Of a stretch of 64,000 nt of DNA, positions 1-8,986 are shown piece by piece; within the stretch, counting starts at the first letter, position 1, and the number at the start of each line of letters is the position of its first letter. The stretch lies in NCBI GenBank assembly GCA_021771815.1, contig JAETOE010000015.1, positions 3,778-67,777 of the forward strand. Direction: 5' to 3'. Position numbers and translations under genes: made by a program. The stretch is from Roseburia hominis (GTDB lineage: Bacteria > Bacillota > Clostridia > Lachnospirales > Lachnospiraceae). The notes under the pieces are model-generated. The model did not search any database. It was not told the origin of the DNA and was given only the letters and a program-made list of their open reading frames with translations.

Positions 1-36
1 CTTCATGTTCCTTCGCTCCTTTATGATACGAATGCT

Positions 37-1164
37 TTATGCCTTCGTAGTTTCTTTTGTCTTCTCCGCAACAAAGCGGTAAATTCTCTGCGCGCTGTCC
101 TTCGCAATCACACAGTTCTGCGCCTCAATCAGACGTTTTCTGCTTTCCTGCTCCCGCAAAAGCTTTAGCCCTGCTTTCGCGAGTCCGCGCTCCGTATACG
201 CCGCCACACTCATTCCGTTCTTTCGGAAAAAGCGGCGGTTCTTTGTCTCACAGCCCGGAATCGGCTTAGTATGCACAATCGGGATCCCCACTACTGCAGC
301 CTCCGTCGAGGTGAGTCCTCCTGGCTTCGTGTATACCACATCACACGCCTTTAAATAGAGCGGCATATTGTTCACGCTTCCAAGCACCGTGATCTGTGCG
401 CTGCCGCCATAGCGCTTCTGTAAATGCTCCTTTAACTTGCGGTTATTGCCGCAGATCAACAGCAGATGTTCCCTTTCCTCCAGCTTTGCAAGCAGCACGG
501 AGACGAGCTTTCCCATGGATCCTGCACCCATGCTGCCGCCCGCCATCAAAATATAGTGCTTCTGTGCATCAAGTCCAAGCTCCTTCTTCGCTTCCGTCTT
601 TCCAATGTCTCTGCCGCACGCCGCCACAACCGGAATGCCCGCCGCATAAAGCTTTTCCTCGGGAATCCCGCGACGTATGATCTCCCTCGCCAGACTCTCG
701 TGCGGTATTACATAATAGTCGCAGTCCGTCTCCTCCCAAAACGGGATGCAGGTATAATCTGTCATCACAGCGACTGTCAGGGGGAGCTTCATCCCCTTAC
801 GCTTCATATATGTAATCGTCTCCGCCGGGTACAGATGCGGCATAAGAATCACATCTGCCGGATGCTCCTTTAGGTAGGCACGCAGATACTTCGCCATGAT
901 GCCATTCACATAATAGACCGGAGAGCGGCGAAGCAGCCTGCTCACCAACATTCCAAGCTTATACACAAGCCCGAACACGCCCGGCACATTCTTCACAGTC
1001 TCCACATAAACATCCCCGACACGCTTCGACACCTTCTCTCCGGCAAGTTTCAGATAATCGAGTACAACTGCCTCATCTCCATTCGCCCGGAATGCTTCCG
1101 CCATCGCCCGCGCCGCCGCATTATGCCCGCCGCCCGTATTACAGGATAATATCAATGCTCTCAT
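37..1164 (-). CDS. MGDG-synthase / GT28-family lipid glycosyltransferase
   Basis: 375-aa ORF. N-terminal LSCNTGGGHNAAARA motif and C-terminal KPGGLTSTEA motif are typical of diacylglycerol glycosyltransferases. Adjacent to plsY. Confidence 0.75.
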   Translation of the reverse strand: MRALILSCNTGGGHNAAARAMAEAFRANGDEAVVLDYLKLAGEKVSKRVGDVYVETVKNVPGVFGLVYKLGMLVSRLLRRSPVYYVNGIMAKYLRAYLKEHPADVILMPHLYPAETITYMKRKGMKLPLTVAVMTDYTCIPFWEETDCDYYVIPHESLAREIIRRGIPEEKLYAAGIPVVAACGRDIGKTEAKKELGLDAQKHYILMAGGSMGAGSMGKLVSVLLAKLEEREHLLLICGNNRKLKEHLQKRYGGSAQITVLGSVNNMPLYLKACDVVYTKPGGLTSTEAAVVGIPIVHTKPIPGCETKNRRFFRKNGMSVAAYTERGLAKAGLKLLREQESRKRLIEAQNCVIAKDSAQRIYRFVAEKTKETTKA

Positions 1165-1184
1165 CTAAAGTCCTCCATCCCCTC

Positions 1185-1805
1185 TCAACGCAGCTTGTGA
1201 AGCCATCTCCGGTTCTTCGCACATAACGCCGCTTCCCCCGGTCTTCCGAGCGTATGCCTGTAAATGACGACGCCCGCGGCAAGCAGATCTCCCAAAACAA
1301 TCTGCGGCGTCTCAATAAACAGGATGCTCGCCGCCGCAAAGCAGACATATGTCACCACACTGCGCAGCCTGTGATCTTTCACCTGAACCAGCAAAGAAAA
1401 TAACAGATAACACCCAATCAAAAGCAAAAGGGGTCTCATTTCCGGTAAAATACCGAGCATCACGCCGAACGACACCGCAATCGCCTTGCCGCCCCGCCCA
1501 TGATGAAAGATTGAATATGCATGCCCGAATACCGGGGACGCCATCACAAATGCGAACGGCAGACGATCCGCCCCCACCGTCCGCGCACAGAGCCACACCG
1601 GAAGAAAGCCCTTTAGCAGCTCCGCAAGCAGGACACAGACGCCGCACCAAAAGCCTCCGTACTTGAACGCATTATAAGTGCCGGGATTTCCGTCCTCGGA
1701 CAGCTCGCACACATCAATATGCTTCATGAACTTTGGTATACTGTATGCGAACAGGACGCTCCCCGAGAGATAGCCGCCCACTATGAACCATATGTAACTT
1801 TTCAT
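1185..1805 (-). CDS. plsY: glycerol-3-phosphate acyltransferase PlsY
   Basis: The 279-aa track ORF is trimmed to ATG 1805 (MKSYIWF..), which follows GGGAGAGG. The resulting 206 aa is polytopic and has the GNPGTYNAF and HxxxGGKG-like (HHGRGGKA) PlsY motifs. The upstream part of the track ORF is leader sequence. Confidence 0.85.
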   Translation of the reverse strand: MKSYIWFIVGGYLSGSVLFAYSIPKFMKHIDVCELSEDGNPGTYNAFKYGGFWCGVCVLLAELLKGFLPVWLCARTVGADRLPFAFVMASPVFGHAYSIFHHGRGGKAIAVSFGVMLGILPEMRPLLLLIGCYLLFSLLVQVKDHRLRSVVTYVCFAAASILFIETPQIVLGDLLAAGVVIYRHTLGRPGEAALCAKNRRWLHKLR

Positions 1806-1839
1806 AACCTCTCCCACTTTCCTTATCAACACTTTTGTG

Positions 1840-2054
1840 CCAAAGGAATCATTGCCTTTACTCTTAATAGTAACACGGTATTCCCCTTTGGGCAACAAGA
1901 ATAGAATCCGGCTCTGCCGGATTCTCCGCGCCCGAGCGGTGCTGTTTACAGCTAACTTCTTCTCCGCGAGGTGCGCATCCTGCCCGGCAGGGCTTTTTTG
2001 CTCTATAGGAATCACCACTTTCACGCTTTATAGCAACACGGTATTTCCTATTGA
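1840..2054 (-). promoter_or_regulatory. plsY leader with two copies of a 52-nt conserved hairpin-forming element (1840-1892 and 2003-2054) separated by a hairpin/T-tract (1905-1925)
   Basis: The two copies align without gaps at 38/52 positions. Shared blocks are AGGAATCA and ATAG(T/C)AACACGGTATT. Each copy can fold with outer helix AAAGG/CCTTT or ATAGGAA/TTCCTAT. Confidence 0.4.
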
Positions 2055-2062
2055 GCAAAAAA

Positions 2063-2108
2063 GGCTTCCGTCAAATGCTCTTCCCTAAGAATACATTTGA
2101 CGGAAGCC
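2063..2108 (-). terminator. rho-independent terminator after the oleate hydratase gene
   Basis: 15-bp perfect stem GGCTTCCGTCAAATG / CATTTGACGGAAGCC. It is followed on the minus strand by TTTTTT (plus-strand A-run 2057-2062). Confidence 0.8.
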
Positions 2109-2127
2109 TCTCTTTCCGGCAGTCTGC

Positions 2128-4107
2128 TTACAGCATGCCTTCCTTAATTACATCATGGTCACGCAGCACCTTTTCGACTACAGTACCTTTTACCACGCGC
2201 AGCAGTGGTTTCTTTAACGCGTTGAGCGGTCCCGGAAGCTCGATCTCCAACGGGGATTTTCCGTCCATCAGCTTCACGCTGCTGTCGAGCAGTTCACGGA
2301 TATCGTACACGCTTCCCCATACCTCAGGAACGCCTCTGTCCACACCGAGCAGACCGTATACCGCTTCCATGGCTGTTCTCACCGAATACTCCGTCGTAAA
2401 CACGGTATCGCGCGGCGTCTCCGCGAACTGTCCCAAAAATGCAAAGTTCACGCAGCCGTCAGGAATCACGTCCGGACGGTCGCTCTTGGTACGCGGCATG
2501 AAAAACGCTGTGATATACGGCATCATTGTCGGCACGCAGACTGCACTGTGCTCGGCAAGCTCCGAAATCTGCTCTGTCGGAACGCCCAAGTGGTACAGCC
2601 ACTCTTCCGTGATTTCTTTTCCGGTACACTCTTTCATCGGCTTCTTCACATAATCGCCCGGCACATCGGTAAACAGTCCGTATACCCATACGCAGACTTT
2701 ATCCTTGTCCTGATCCTTGAACTGTCCCTGGCGGTTGATCGTCCAGCTTAACAGCCAGCTTGAATCCTGACAGCTCACGATTCCGCCCGTTACTACCTTG
2801 CCGCTTCTCGGATCGCGCTTACAGATATTCGTGATATACGGAATGATCTTATCATCCAAAGTCGTCACTGTCGCTGACTCCCAGTTCGTCTTAGCCACGT
2901 CGGAGCAGAATTTCTCCGGATGCCCAAAGGAATCATCCTGCTTTGCGATATTCTTCCACAGATTCCAACAGCCGCTTGTGCGCACCTCGGCGTCGCCGTT
3001 CGGCGCATGATTCTGGTCACCGTAAATCGTACCCTCGGTACAGCTTCCGTTCGTGACGAAAACAAGATCGTTCTCGGTCAGCACGATTCCGTTTTCCACT
3101 CCGTTTACTTTGCACTCAATTGCCTTTGCAACCTTGCGTCCGCCCTCAATTTCAAAGAGGACATTCGTAACCTCGGTATTGAACCTGAAATCGACACCCG
3201 CATCTTCCAGATATTTCTGCATCGGCAGAATCAGGGAATCATACTGGTTGTACTTTGTGAACTTCAATGCCGAGAAATCCGGCAGTCCCGCAATATGATG
3301 AATAAACCTCTGGAAGTAGAGCTTCATCTCAAGCGCACTGTGCCAGTTCTCAAATGCGAACATCGTCCGCCAGTACAGCCAGAACGTAGAATCGAATACT
3401 TCCTCGTCGAATACATCCTCAATCGTCTTATCGTAAAGGTCTTCGTCCTTCGTCATGAAGAGCTTCATGATCTCCATACAGCCCTTCTGACTTAAGTTGA
3501 ACTTGCCGTCCGTATGCGCATCTTTTCCCCGCTCCACGGTCGCACGGCATAAGGAAAAATTCGGGTCTTCCTTGTTCAGCCAGTAATACTCATCGAGCAC
3601 GGACACGTCCGGCGTCTCAATGGACGGAATACTGCGGAACAGATCCCACAGACACTCAAAATGATTTTCCATCTCACGTCCGCCGCGCATCACATAGCCT
3701 CTCGTCGGATCATTAATACCGTCGCAGGCGCCGCCCGCAATGTCCATCGCCTCCAAAATATGGATGTGATCGCCCGGCATCTGTCCGTCGCGCACCAGAA
3801 AACAAGCTGCCGCCAGCGAAGCAAGACCACTTCCTACAATATATGCGCTCTTCTCGTCCACACCCTCCGGTTTCTTCGGGCGGGCAAACGCCTCGTAATT
3901 TCCGTTCGTATAGTAAATACCCTTGCTGTTCTTCTCATGTTTCCCGCGTTCCGTGTTGCGGTACTCCTTTTTGACCGCCTCTTCCACTGCCTTTTTCTCC
4001 GCTTTCTTCTGCGAATTCTTGTAACCCTTCACTGCCGTCGCTGCTGCGACTCCGGCGCCTGCCGCGAGCGTTGCTGCCCCGATTACAATGCTCTGTTTCT
4101 TTCCCAT
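2128..4107 (-). CDS. oleate hydratase (MCRA family, FAD-dependent) with N-terminal hydrophobic anchor plus Lys/Glu-rich linker
   Basis: YYTNGNYEAFARPKKPEGVD..AYIVGSGLASLAAACFLVRDG (GxGxxA FAD fold) and full-length resemblance to MCRA/OhyA proteins. Start set at ATG 4107 (MGKKQS), which follows AGAAAGGCGG. The track ORF begins at 4146. Confidence 0.85.
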   Translation of the reverse strand: MGKKQSIVIGAATLAAGAGVAAATAVKGYKNSQKKAEKKAVEEAVKKEYRNTERGKHEKNSKGIYYTNGNYEAFARPKKPEGVDEKSAYIVGSGLASLAAACFLVRDGQMPGDHIHILEAMDIAGGACDGINDPTRGYVMRGGREMENHFECLWDLFRSIPSIETPDVSVLDEYYWLNKEDPNFSLCRATVERGKDAHTDGKFNLSQKGCMEIMKLFMTKDEDLYDKTIEDVFDEEVFDSTFWLYWRTMFAFENWHSALEMKLYFQRFIHHIAGLPDFSALKFTKYNQYDSLILPMQKYLEDAGVDFRFNTEVTNVLFEIEGGRKVAKAIECKVNGVENGIVLTENDLVFVTNGSCTEGTIYGDQNHAPNGDAEVRTSGCWNLWKNIAKQDDSFGHPEKFCSDVAKTNWESATVTTLDDKIIPYITNICKRDPRSGKVVTGGIVSCQDSSWLLSWTINRQGQFKDQDKDKVCVWVYGLFTDVPGDYVKKPMKECTGKEITEEWLYHLGVPTEQISELAEHSAVCVPTMMPYITAFFMPRTKSDRPDVIPDGCVNFAFLGQFAETPRDTVFTTEYSVRTAMEAVYGLLGVDRGVPEVWGSVYDIRELLDSSVKLMDGKSPLEIELPGPLNALKKPLLRVVKGTVVEKVLRDHDVIKEGML

Positions 4108-4198
4108 GCAAATTACCGCCTTTCTCTTTGACTGCTCTATAACCATTCCCCTCTGTCTCCTATCTTAGTATTCCCAAACATACACGCCAACTTACAAA

Positions 4199-4235
4199 AC
4201 AGGCGGGGTGATAAAAAATTTATCACTCCGCCTGT
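4199..4235. terminator. bidirectional hairpin terminator downstream of the TetR gene
   Basis: ACAGGCGGGGTGATA / TATCACTCCGCCTGT stem, flanked by an A-run (4195-4198) and a T-run (4236-4239). Confidence 0.7.
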
Positions 4236-4246
4236 TTTGATAAAAT

Positions 4247-4813
4247 TCAGCCCTTTTTCAGTTGTTCAAAATTTCGAATCGAATGCGATACGTTTCCGTG
4301 GAGCATAACGCTCATACGCTCCACAATTGCGTTATAATCTTCCTTCATCCCCCGGTCGATCCAATCAAGCATGATACCTACAAAACCATATTTATAAAAT
4401 TCTGCAATAAAAAGCTTATCCTCTTCTGCAATATCTGCCCCGGCGCTTTTCTCCTCCACCACCCCGGCAATCAAGCTGCAGGTCAGTCCGTGCAGATAAT
4501 GTTCTGTTTTCTCACGGCTCACAGACCGGTAAACATTCATAATAAACGGCTTATTTTCCATGACCGCCTCGAAAACCTGACACAGCCCTTCCTGCCATGT
4601 ATCGTAGGTCTTCTTATCTCTAAGCGCCTTCCTGCCGTCTTCCAGACATGCCCACTCTACAAGATCGTAGATATCCTTAAAATGATAATAGAATGTCATT
4701 CGGCTGATTCCGCAGTCCTCCGTCAGATCATTGATCGTGATCTTATCGAGCGGTTTCTGCAAAAGCAGCTTTTTCAGTGACGCTTCAAGCGCCAGCTTCG
4801 TCGTGTTGGACAT
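4247..4813 (-). CDS. TetR/AcrR family transcriptional regulator (DhaS-like C-terminal domain)
   Basis: ITINDLTEDCGISRMTFYYHFKDIYDL is a TetR N-terminal HTH. Start set at ATG 4813 (MSNTTK), which follows GGAGGAAAG. Confidence 0.85.
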   Translation of the reverse strand: MSNTTKLALEASLKKLLLQKPLDKITINDLTEDCGISRMTFYYHFKDIYDLVEWACLEDGRKALRDKKTYDTWQEGLCQVFEAVMENKPFIMNVYRSVSREKTEHYLHGLTCSLIAGVVEEKSAGADIAEEDKLFIAEFYKYGFVGIMLDWIDRGMKEDYNAIVERMSVMLHGNVSHSIRNFEQLKKG

Positions 4814-4908
4814 CGGTCTTTCCTCCGTATCTGTCTGCATCCGCAGAAAAGCAGTCTGCAATTACATTCGCAGTGCACGTTATCTGCTGCGTCTGCAAAA
4901 AGCAATCC

Positions 4909-5832
4909 TTATCTTAAGAAGCCCGAAATAATCTGCTCCTCCGCTTCCTGTTCCGTAAGTCCAAGCGTCATCAGCTTCATCAACTGCTCGCCCGCGATCT
5001 TGCCGATTGCAGCCTCATGAATCAGGCTCGCATCCGTGCAGGATGCCGCAAGCTCCGGCGTTGCAAGAACGTACGCCTGATCCATCATGATCGAGTCGCA
5101 CTCCGAATGTCCGCTGCAGACATTATTGCCGTTGAGACGGCTCGTAAAATGCTGCCTGCTCTTGTCCCTTGCAACCGCACGGCTTACAATGTTGCAGCTG
5201 CAGTCTTCGCCGTTTAGGTCTGCGGTGAAATTCGACACGGCGTTCTGCTCTCCTGTCGTCATGATGCTCTCATGGATATCAAGCTTCGCTCCTGCCGCCA
5301 GATCCGCCGTCGTAACTCTCGTCGTGTCGTCGATTCCCGCGATCTGTGAAGTCTCCATGATCATCTGCGCGCCCTCTTCAAGATGAACAACCGTTGTCGG
5401 ATTCATCAGACGCTTTCCTCTTGTTCCTTCCTCGCCCTCGCCATAATGCTTCTCGATATAACGAAGCTTCGCATTTTTCCCGACATAGAAGGTATGAATA
5501 CCATCGTGCGCGCTGTCCGCGTCGCCGCAGTTGTGAATCCCGCAGCCCGCCACGATCACCACGTCGCTTCCCTCGCCCACGTAGAAATCATTGTACACCA
5601 TATCCTTAAGACCTGCCTGTGAAACGACCACCGGAATATGAACGCTCTCGTGCACCGTTCCCGGCTTGATAATAATGTCAATGCCCGGCTTGTCCTCCTT
5701 GGTCACAATGTCAATGTTCGCCGTCGTGTTCCGCGCCGAGGTCGCCCCGTTGCTGCGAATGTTGTATGCGCCTACCGGAAGCGCGTCAAGATCTGCGACC
5801 TCTTTTAATATGTTCTTCTGAATCGCATCCAT
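4909..5832 (-). CDS. SufB/SufD-family Fe-S assembly protein (short form)
   Basis: Beta-helix-like repeat sequence and C-terminal ..HEAAIGKIAGEQLMKLMTLGLTEQEAEEQIISGFL, typical of the SufB/D C-terminus. Start ATG 5832 follows GGAGG and lies 4 nt after the upstream stop. Confidence 0.7.
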   Translation of the reverse strand: MDAIQKNILKEVADLDALPVGAYNIRSNGATSARNTTANIDIVTKEDKPGIDIIIKPGTVHESVHIPVVVSQAGLKDMVYNDFYVGEGSDVVIVAGCGIHNCGDADSAHDGIHTFYVGKNAKLRYIEKHYGEGEEGTRGKRLMNPTTVVHLEEGAQMIMETSQIAGIDDTTRVTTADLAAGAKLDIHESIMTTGEQNAVSNFTADLNGEDCSCNIVSRAVARDKSRQHFTSRLNGNNVCSGHSECDSIMMDQAYVLATPELAASCTDASLIHEAAIGKIAGEQLMKLMTLGLTEQEAEEQIISGFLR

Positions 5833-5836
5833 TGCC

Positions 5837-6574
5837 CTACGCCTCCTTTCCTTTGTCAAGCAATACCTGGCAGGAACCGCCGCCCGTATTCTTAAGAATA
5901 TTCGGAAGAATCTTCTCCCTGCTGTCGTACATCGCTACCTGCCCGTCCTTTAAGTACACGATCTTATCCGCAATGTCCAAAATGCGCTCCTGATGGCTGA
6001 TGATGAGGATATTTCCGTCCGTCGCCTGCACCATCTTCTCGAATACATGAATCAGCTTCTGGAAGCTCCACAGATCAATTCCCGCCTCCGGCTCATCGAA
6101 GATACTGAGCTTCGCGCCGCGCGCAAGCGTCATAGCGATCTCGATGCGCTTCAGTTCACCGCCCGAGAGACTTCCGTCGAGATCCCGGTTGATATATTCC
6201 TTCGCGCAGAGCCCCACCTCGGAGAGCACGTCGCACAATTCGGAAACTTTTGCCTCCTTGCCCGCCGCAAGTGACATCAGATCCTTTACCGTAAGTCCCT
6301 TAAAGCGTACCGGCTGCTGAAAAGCGTAGCCGACGCCCTTATTGGCGCGCTCCGTGATACTAAGCCCGGTGATATCCTCCCCGTCGAGCAGGATCTTACC
6401 GCCCGTCGGCATCAGGATTCCCGCAATGATCTTGGCAAGCGTAGACTTTCCGCTGCCGTTCGGCCCCGTGATGACAACAAAGTGGTCATCTATTTTAAGA
6501 TTAATATCATACAGAAGCTCTTTCTCGTCTTCCGTCTGATAACTGATATGTTGTAATTCAATCACGTCTTCCAT
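5837..6574 (-). CDS. SufC-like ABC ATPase
   Basis: Walker A GPNGSGKST, signature LSGGELKR, Walker B LSIFDEPEAGID. Paired with the SufB/D-family gene. Confidence 0.8.
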   Translation of the reverse strand: MEDVIELQHISYQTEDEKELLYDINLKIDDHFVVITGPNGSGKSTLAKIIAGILMPTGGKILLDGEDITGLSITERANKGVGYAFQQPVRFKGLTVKDLMSLAAGKEAKVSELCDVLSEVGLCAKEYINRDLDGSLSGGELKRIEIAMTLARGAKLSIFDEPEAGIDLWSFQKLIHVFEKMVQATDGNILIISHQERILDIADKIVYLKDGQVAMYDSREKILPNILKNTGGGSCQVLLDKGKEA

Positions 6575-6755
6575 CTCCTTCTATCGACATTGGTACGCGC
6601 TCGCGTTTGCGTACCGCTTGTATTTTATCACATATATTGCCGATTCGGATAGTTCCTTTTGCCATGAATTACATATTTTATGAAAATTTTAGGAAAATTG
6701 CGCCCCTTCTCTACTTCACCGGCACAGTTTGAACCTGAGTTTTTTATCTGCGGTC

Positions 6756-6783
6756 TTGATTTTCGTTTCTGTAGTGCTATAAT
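6756..6783 (+). promoter_or_regulatory. sigma-A type promoter for tRNA-Val
   Basis: TTGATT (6756-6761), 16-nt spacer, TGCTATAAT extended -10 (TATAAT at 6778-6783). The tRNA starts 9 nt downstream. Confidence 0.6.
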
Positions 6784-6792
6784 TATTGTTAT

Positions 6793-6866
6793 GGAAGCAT
6801 AGCTCAGCCGGGATGAGCGTTCGCCTCACACGCGAGAGGTCACGGGTTCGAGCCCCGTTGCTTCCA
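6793..6866 (+). tRNA. tRNA-Val (anticodon CAC), no encoded CCA
   Basis: Hand-folded cloverleaf: acceptor GGAAGCA/TGCTTCC, D arm GCTC/GAGC, anticodon stem TTCGC/GCGAG with loop CTCACAC, T arm ACGGG-TTCGAGC-CCCGT, discriminator A. 74 nt. Confidence 0.9.
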
Positions 6867-7022
6867 TTTTTTTATTCTCAATTTGGCCCGGTTGTCTTTT
6901 TTTATCTTGCCTGATTGCGTTTACATTCTTTCGGTATATTTCTTATTTCGTTTCATCCAATTCATTCATAAAACGCATCTTATATTTTAAGAAATCTTCA
7001 AGATCCATTAATATATGAAATA

Positions 7023-7450
7023 CTAATGCTCTGCTTCAAATTCTTCGCGTGTTTTCGGCAGACTATCTTTCTGAATGCTTTTGAAAACTTCGTTTAATCG
7101 CTCCATCTGCTTTTTTGGGTAATTCCGTTCATTTATATAACCTGTCAAATACAGCATATACTCTGCTACCATCTTTGCCTGAACCGGCATTGTTCGAATC
7201 TTTTTCATTTCATAATGCAGATTATGCAAAATCTGACATTGGCTTTGCCGCATCTCAAAATATAGTATTCAGAATGCGAATGAAAGGTATTGCTTTGATA
7301 TTCGTATGCTTCCCTGATGCAATTCTGAATATCTTTTTCAAGAGCACAGAGATCATCCCAGACATTCCGCTCCATTTCTTTATTAGACAAATAGGCAGCA
7401 AGCGCGCCTATGATCAACTGCAGACGGTTTTCTACAGATTTCATATTCAT
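7023..7450 (-). pseudogene. hypothetical gene split into two overlapping frames (81-aa and 76-aa ORFs), probably frameshifted
   Basis: ORFs 7205-7450 and 7023-7253 overlap by 49 nt in different frames. AT-rich. No recognisable domain. Confidence 0.35.
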
Positions 7451-7493
7451 AACAATATGCTTTTTGTGGAAAAATATATATCATTTTTCAGAA

Positions 7494-7750
7494 ATGGCTA
7501 ACAAAACATTTCTCACATATGATGAGCAAATTAAAAAACTGGAAAAAGAAAAACAGCTTGTTATTTCTGATCCTAAATTTGCCAAAATAACATTGCAAAA
7601 ACTAAGCTATTTTTCATTAATTGACGGATATAAAGATTTATTTAAACATAAGCCATCAGGGAATTACCTACATGGTGTCACCTTTGAAGAAATTGCCGCC
7701 TTTTATTACTTTGATGAAGAATTGAGAACTCTCTTTCTTAAATACATATT
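7494..7750 (+). pseudogene. 5' fragment (about 85 codons) of an Abi_2 (AbiD/AbiF-like) abortive-infection gene
   Basis: MANKTFLTYDEQIKKLEKEKQLVISD..LSYFSLIDGYKDLF..FEEIAAFYYFDEELRTLFLKYIL matches the N-terminal pattern of Abi_2-family proteins, which are normally about 300 aa. Similarity ends near 7750, where antisense sequence of another truncated gene begins. Confidence 0.6.
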
Positions 7751-7852
7751 ACCCTTATCGAAGTCAATCACAAGTTCCTTGCCAGCCATATCCGTCATAG
7801 CAACCGCATTCCTGCTGCCATCATAATGATACACCATATAGTTTAATGTCAT
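7703..7852 (-). pseudogene. orphan 5' end of an unknown gene (MTLNYMVYHYDGSRNAVAMTDMAGKELVIDFDKG..) truncated at the junction with the Abi_2 fragment
   Basis: ATG 7852 follows GAGGTGAG, immediately after the displaced rlmD tail. Only about 34 codons precede the point where the frame runs into antisense Abi_2 sequence. Confidence 0.3.
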
Positions 7853-7864
7853 ATGCTCACCTCG

Positions 7865-8173
7865 CTACACCATCCCAAAATGCTCCAGCGCATCCTTTAT
7901 CGCTTTTTCCTTCTCCGCCGGACACTGAGGCTGTCTGCTATCTTCCGACTTCAGCAAATTATAATTCTCCCCGACCTTTATTCCACACTTCCTCTTTACC
8001 TGTGAAATATACAGATTAGACACCTTCACTCCATGCTCTTTCAAGGCATAATCCTTAATCTACGCATAAGTCGCCCTACTCTCCGCACTCATCGCATCGA
8101 GCTCGTCCAACTCCAATTCACCTTCAACATAGTCATCCGCTTTGCGTTGGGACAAGAGAACAACCATCTCCAC
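7865..8173 (-). pseudogene. displaced, diverged second copy of the rlmD 3' end plus tail, with an in-frame TAG
   Basis: Translation VEMVVLLSQRKADDYVEGELELDELDAMSAESRATYA*IKDYALKEHGVKVSNLYISQVKRKCGIKVGENYNLLKSEDSRQPQCPAEKEKAIKDALEHFGMV* parallels the last 115 aa of the intact rlmD ORF. The stop is at 8060-8062. Confidence 0.75.
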
Positions 8174-8209
8174 GGTATTACCTCTTTCCCACAAAATTGA
8201 AAAGGCTTT

Positions 8210-8986
8210 TTACCTTTTAATTCTTAAAAGTTCTGGTGCAGTCATAATGTCTAATTTTTCTTTACCAATAAATTTAAGAAACTCAAAAATAATTTCTTCA
8301 ATATTTTTCTGCAAATCATTTATTTGTTTCTCTAAATCTGAATTCTCTCTGATATATTTTGAATAAACCGTCTTGACAACTTCCGACAATTCAAAAGTAT
8401 GAATACATAGATACCTATCTATAAAATATGCATTTATATTTATTACCATGGGCGTCGTGTTCAATTGCATTTTACATTTATTCTCTGCAATCGTTTCAAG
8501 ATAGATATTCCAATTCGCCTGTTCTGGCGTACAATGACTATAGGCATTTAATGACGTTCTAATCATTTTTCTGTATTCAGAACTGTTCGCATTATCTGAA
8601 TTTGAGTCAAATGTCCATATTTTAGCTGCATCACTACTTTTTAGTTTACCTTTATTCCACTTTATCGCAGCATTTCCATTAATTCCCACAGCTGCAAAGC
8701 AATCTGTGGCATCCTCTATGGCACGCAAAAGAGTTATTGCCGATGAATGAAGCCCTCTACAATTTATCATCCCTACACTAGCCATCAATCCTAAAAGGTG
8801 TGTTAAAATTAGTGCACTCGCCGATTTTGATTCAATTGTATTCGCAACTGTTTCTGGCTTAGCTTCGGCGAAATGCCAAGCAAGCTTTAGCATTTTTTGT
8901 ACAGGGCTTTTCTCTCCAATAATATCTGAAAATGGTTTCTGTAATTGATTACTCATATATGCATTCTTCCCTATTTTATTCTTCAT
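8210..8986 (-). CDS. hypothetical all-helical 258-aa protein (possibly AbiV/DUF5677-like), last gene of the KilA-N cassette
   Basis: Intact ORF overlapping the KilA-N stop by 11 nt. Motifs LLRAIEDATDCFAAV ... W.KGK ... RTSLNAYSHCTPE recall DUF5677/AbiV-type proteins, from memory only. An alternative start is ATG 8956. Confidence 0.55.
   Translation of the reverse strand: MKNKIGKNAYMSNQLQKPFSDIIGEKSPVQKMLKLAWHFAEAKPETVANTIESKSASALILTHLLGLMASVGMINCRGLHSSAITLLRAIEDATDCFAAVGINGNAAIKWNKGKLKSSDAAKIWTFDSNSDNANSSEYRKMIRTSLNAYSHCTPEQANWNIYLETIAENKCKMQLNTTPMVININAYFIDRYLCIHTFELSEVVKTVYSKYIRENSDLEKQINDLQKNIEEIIFEFLKFIGKEKLDIMTAPELLRIKR

Noticed and set aside
1-36. Start of another minus-strand gene at the left edge (AAAGGAGCGAAGGAACATGAAG)
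   Set aside because: Only two codons fall inside the window, so it cannot be called.
1837-2088. Short ORFs (61-83 aa) across the plsY leader, and the 73-codon N-terminal extension of plsY
   Set aside because: They cover the repeated hairpin elements and terminators. PlsY homology begins only at MKSYIWF (1805).
6793-6866. tRNA-Val as the attachment site of the adjacent AT-rich island
   Set aside because: I found no second copy of the tRNA 3' end anywhere in 6.9-10.5 kb, and there is no integrase. The clearer junction signal is at rlmD.
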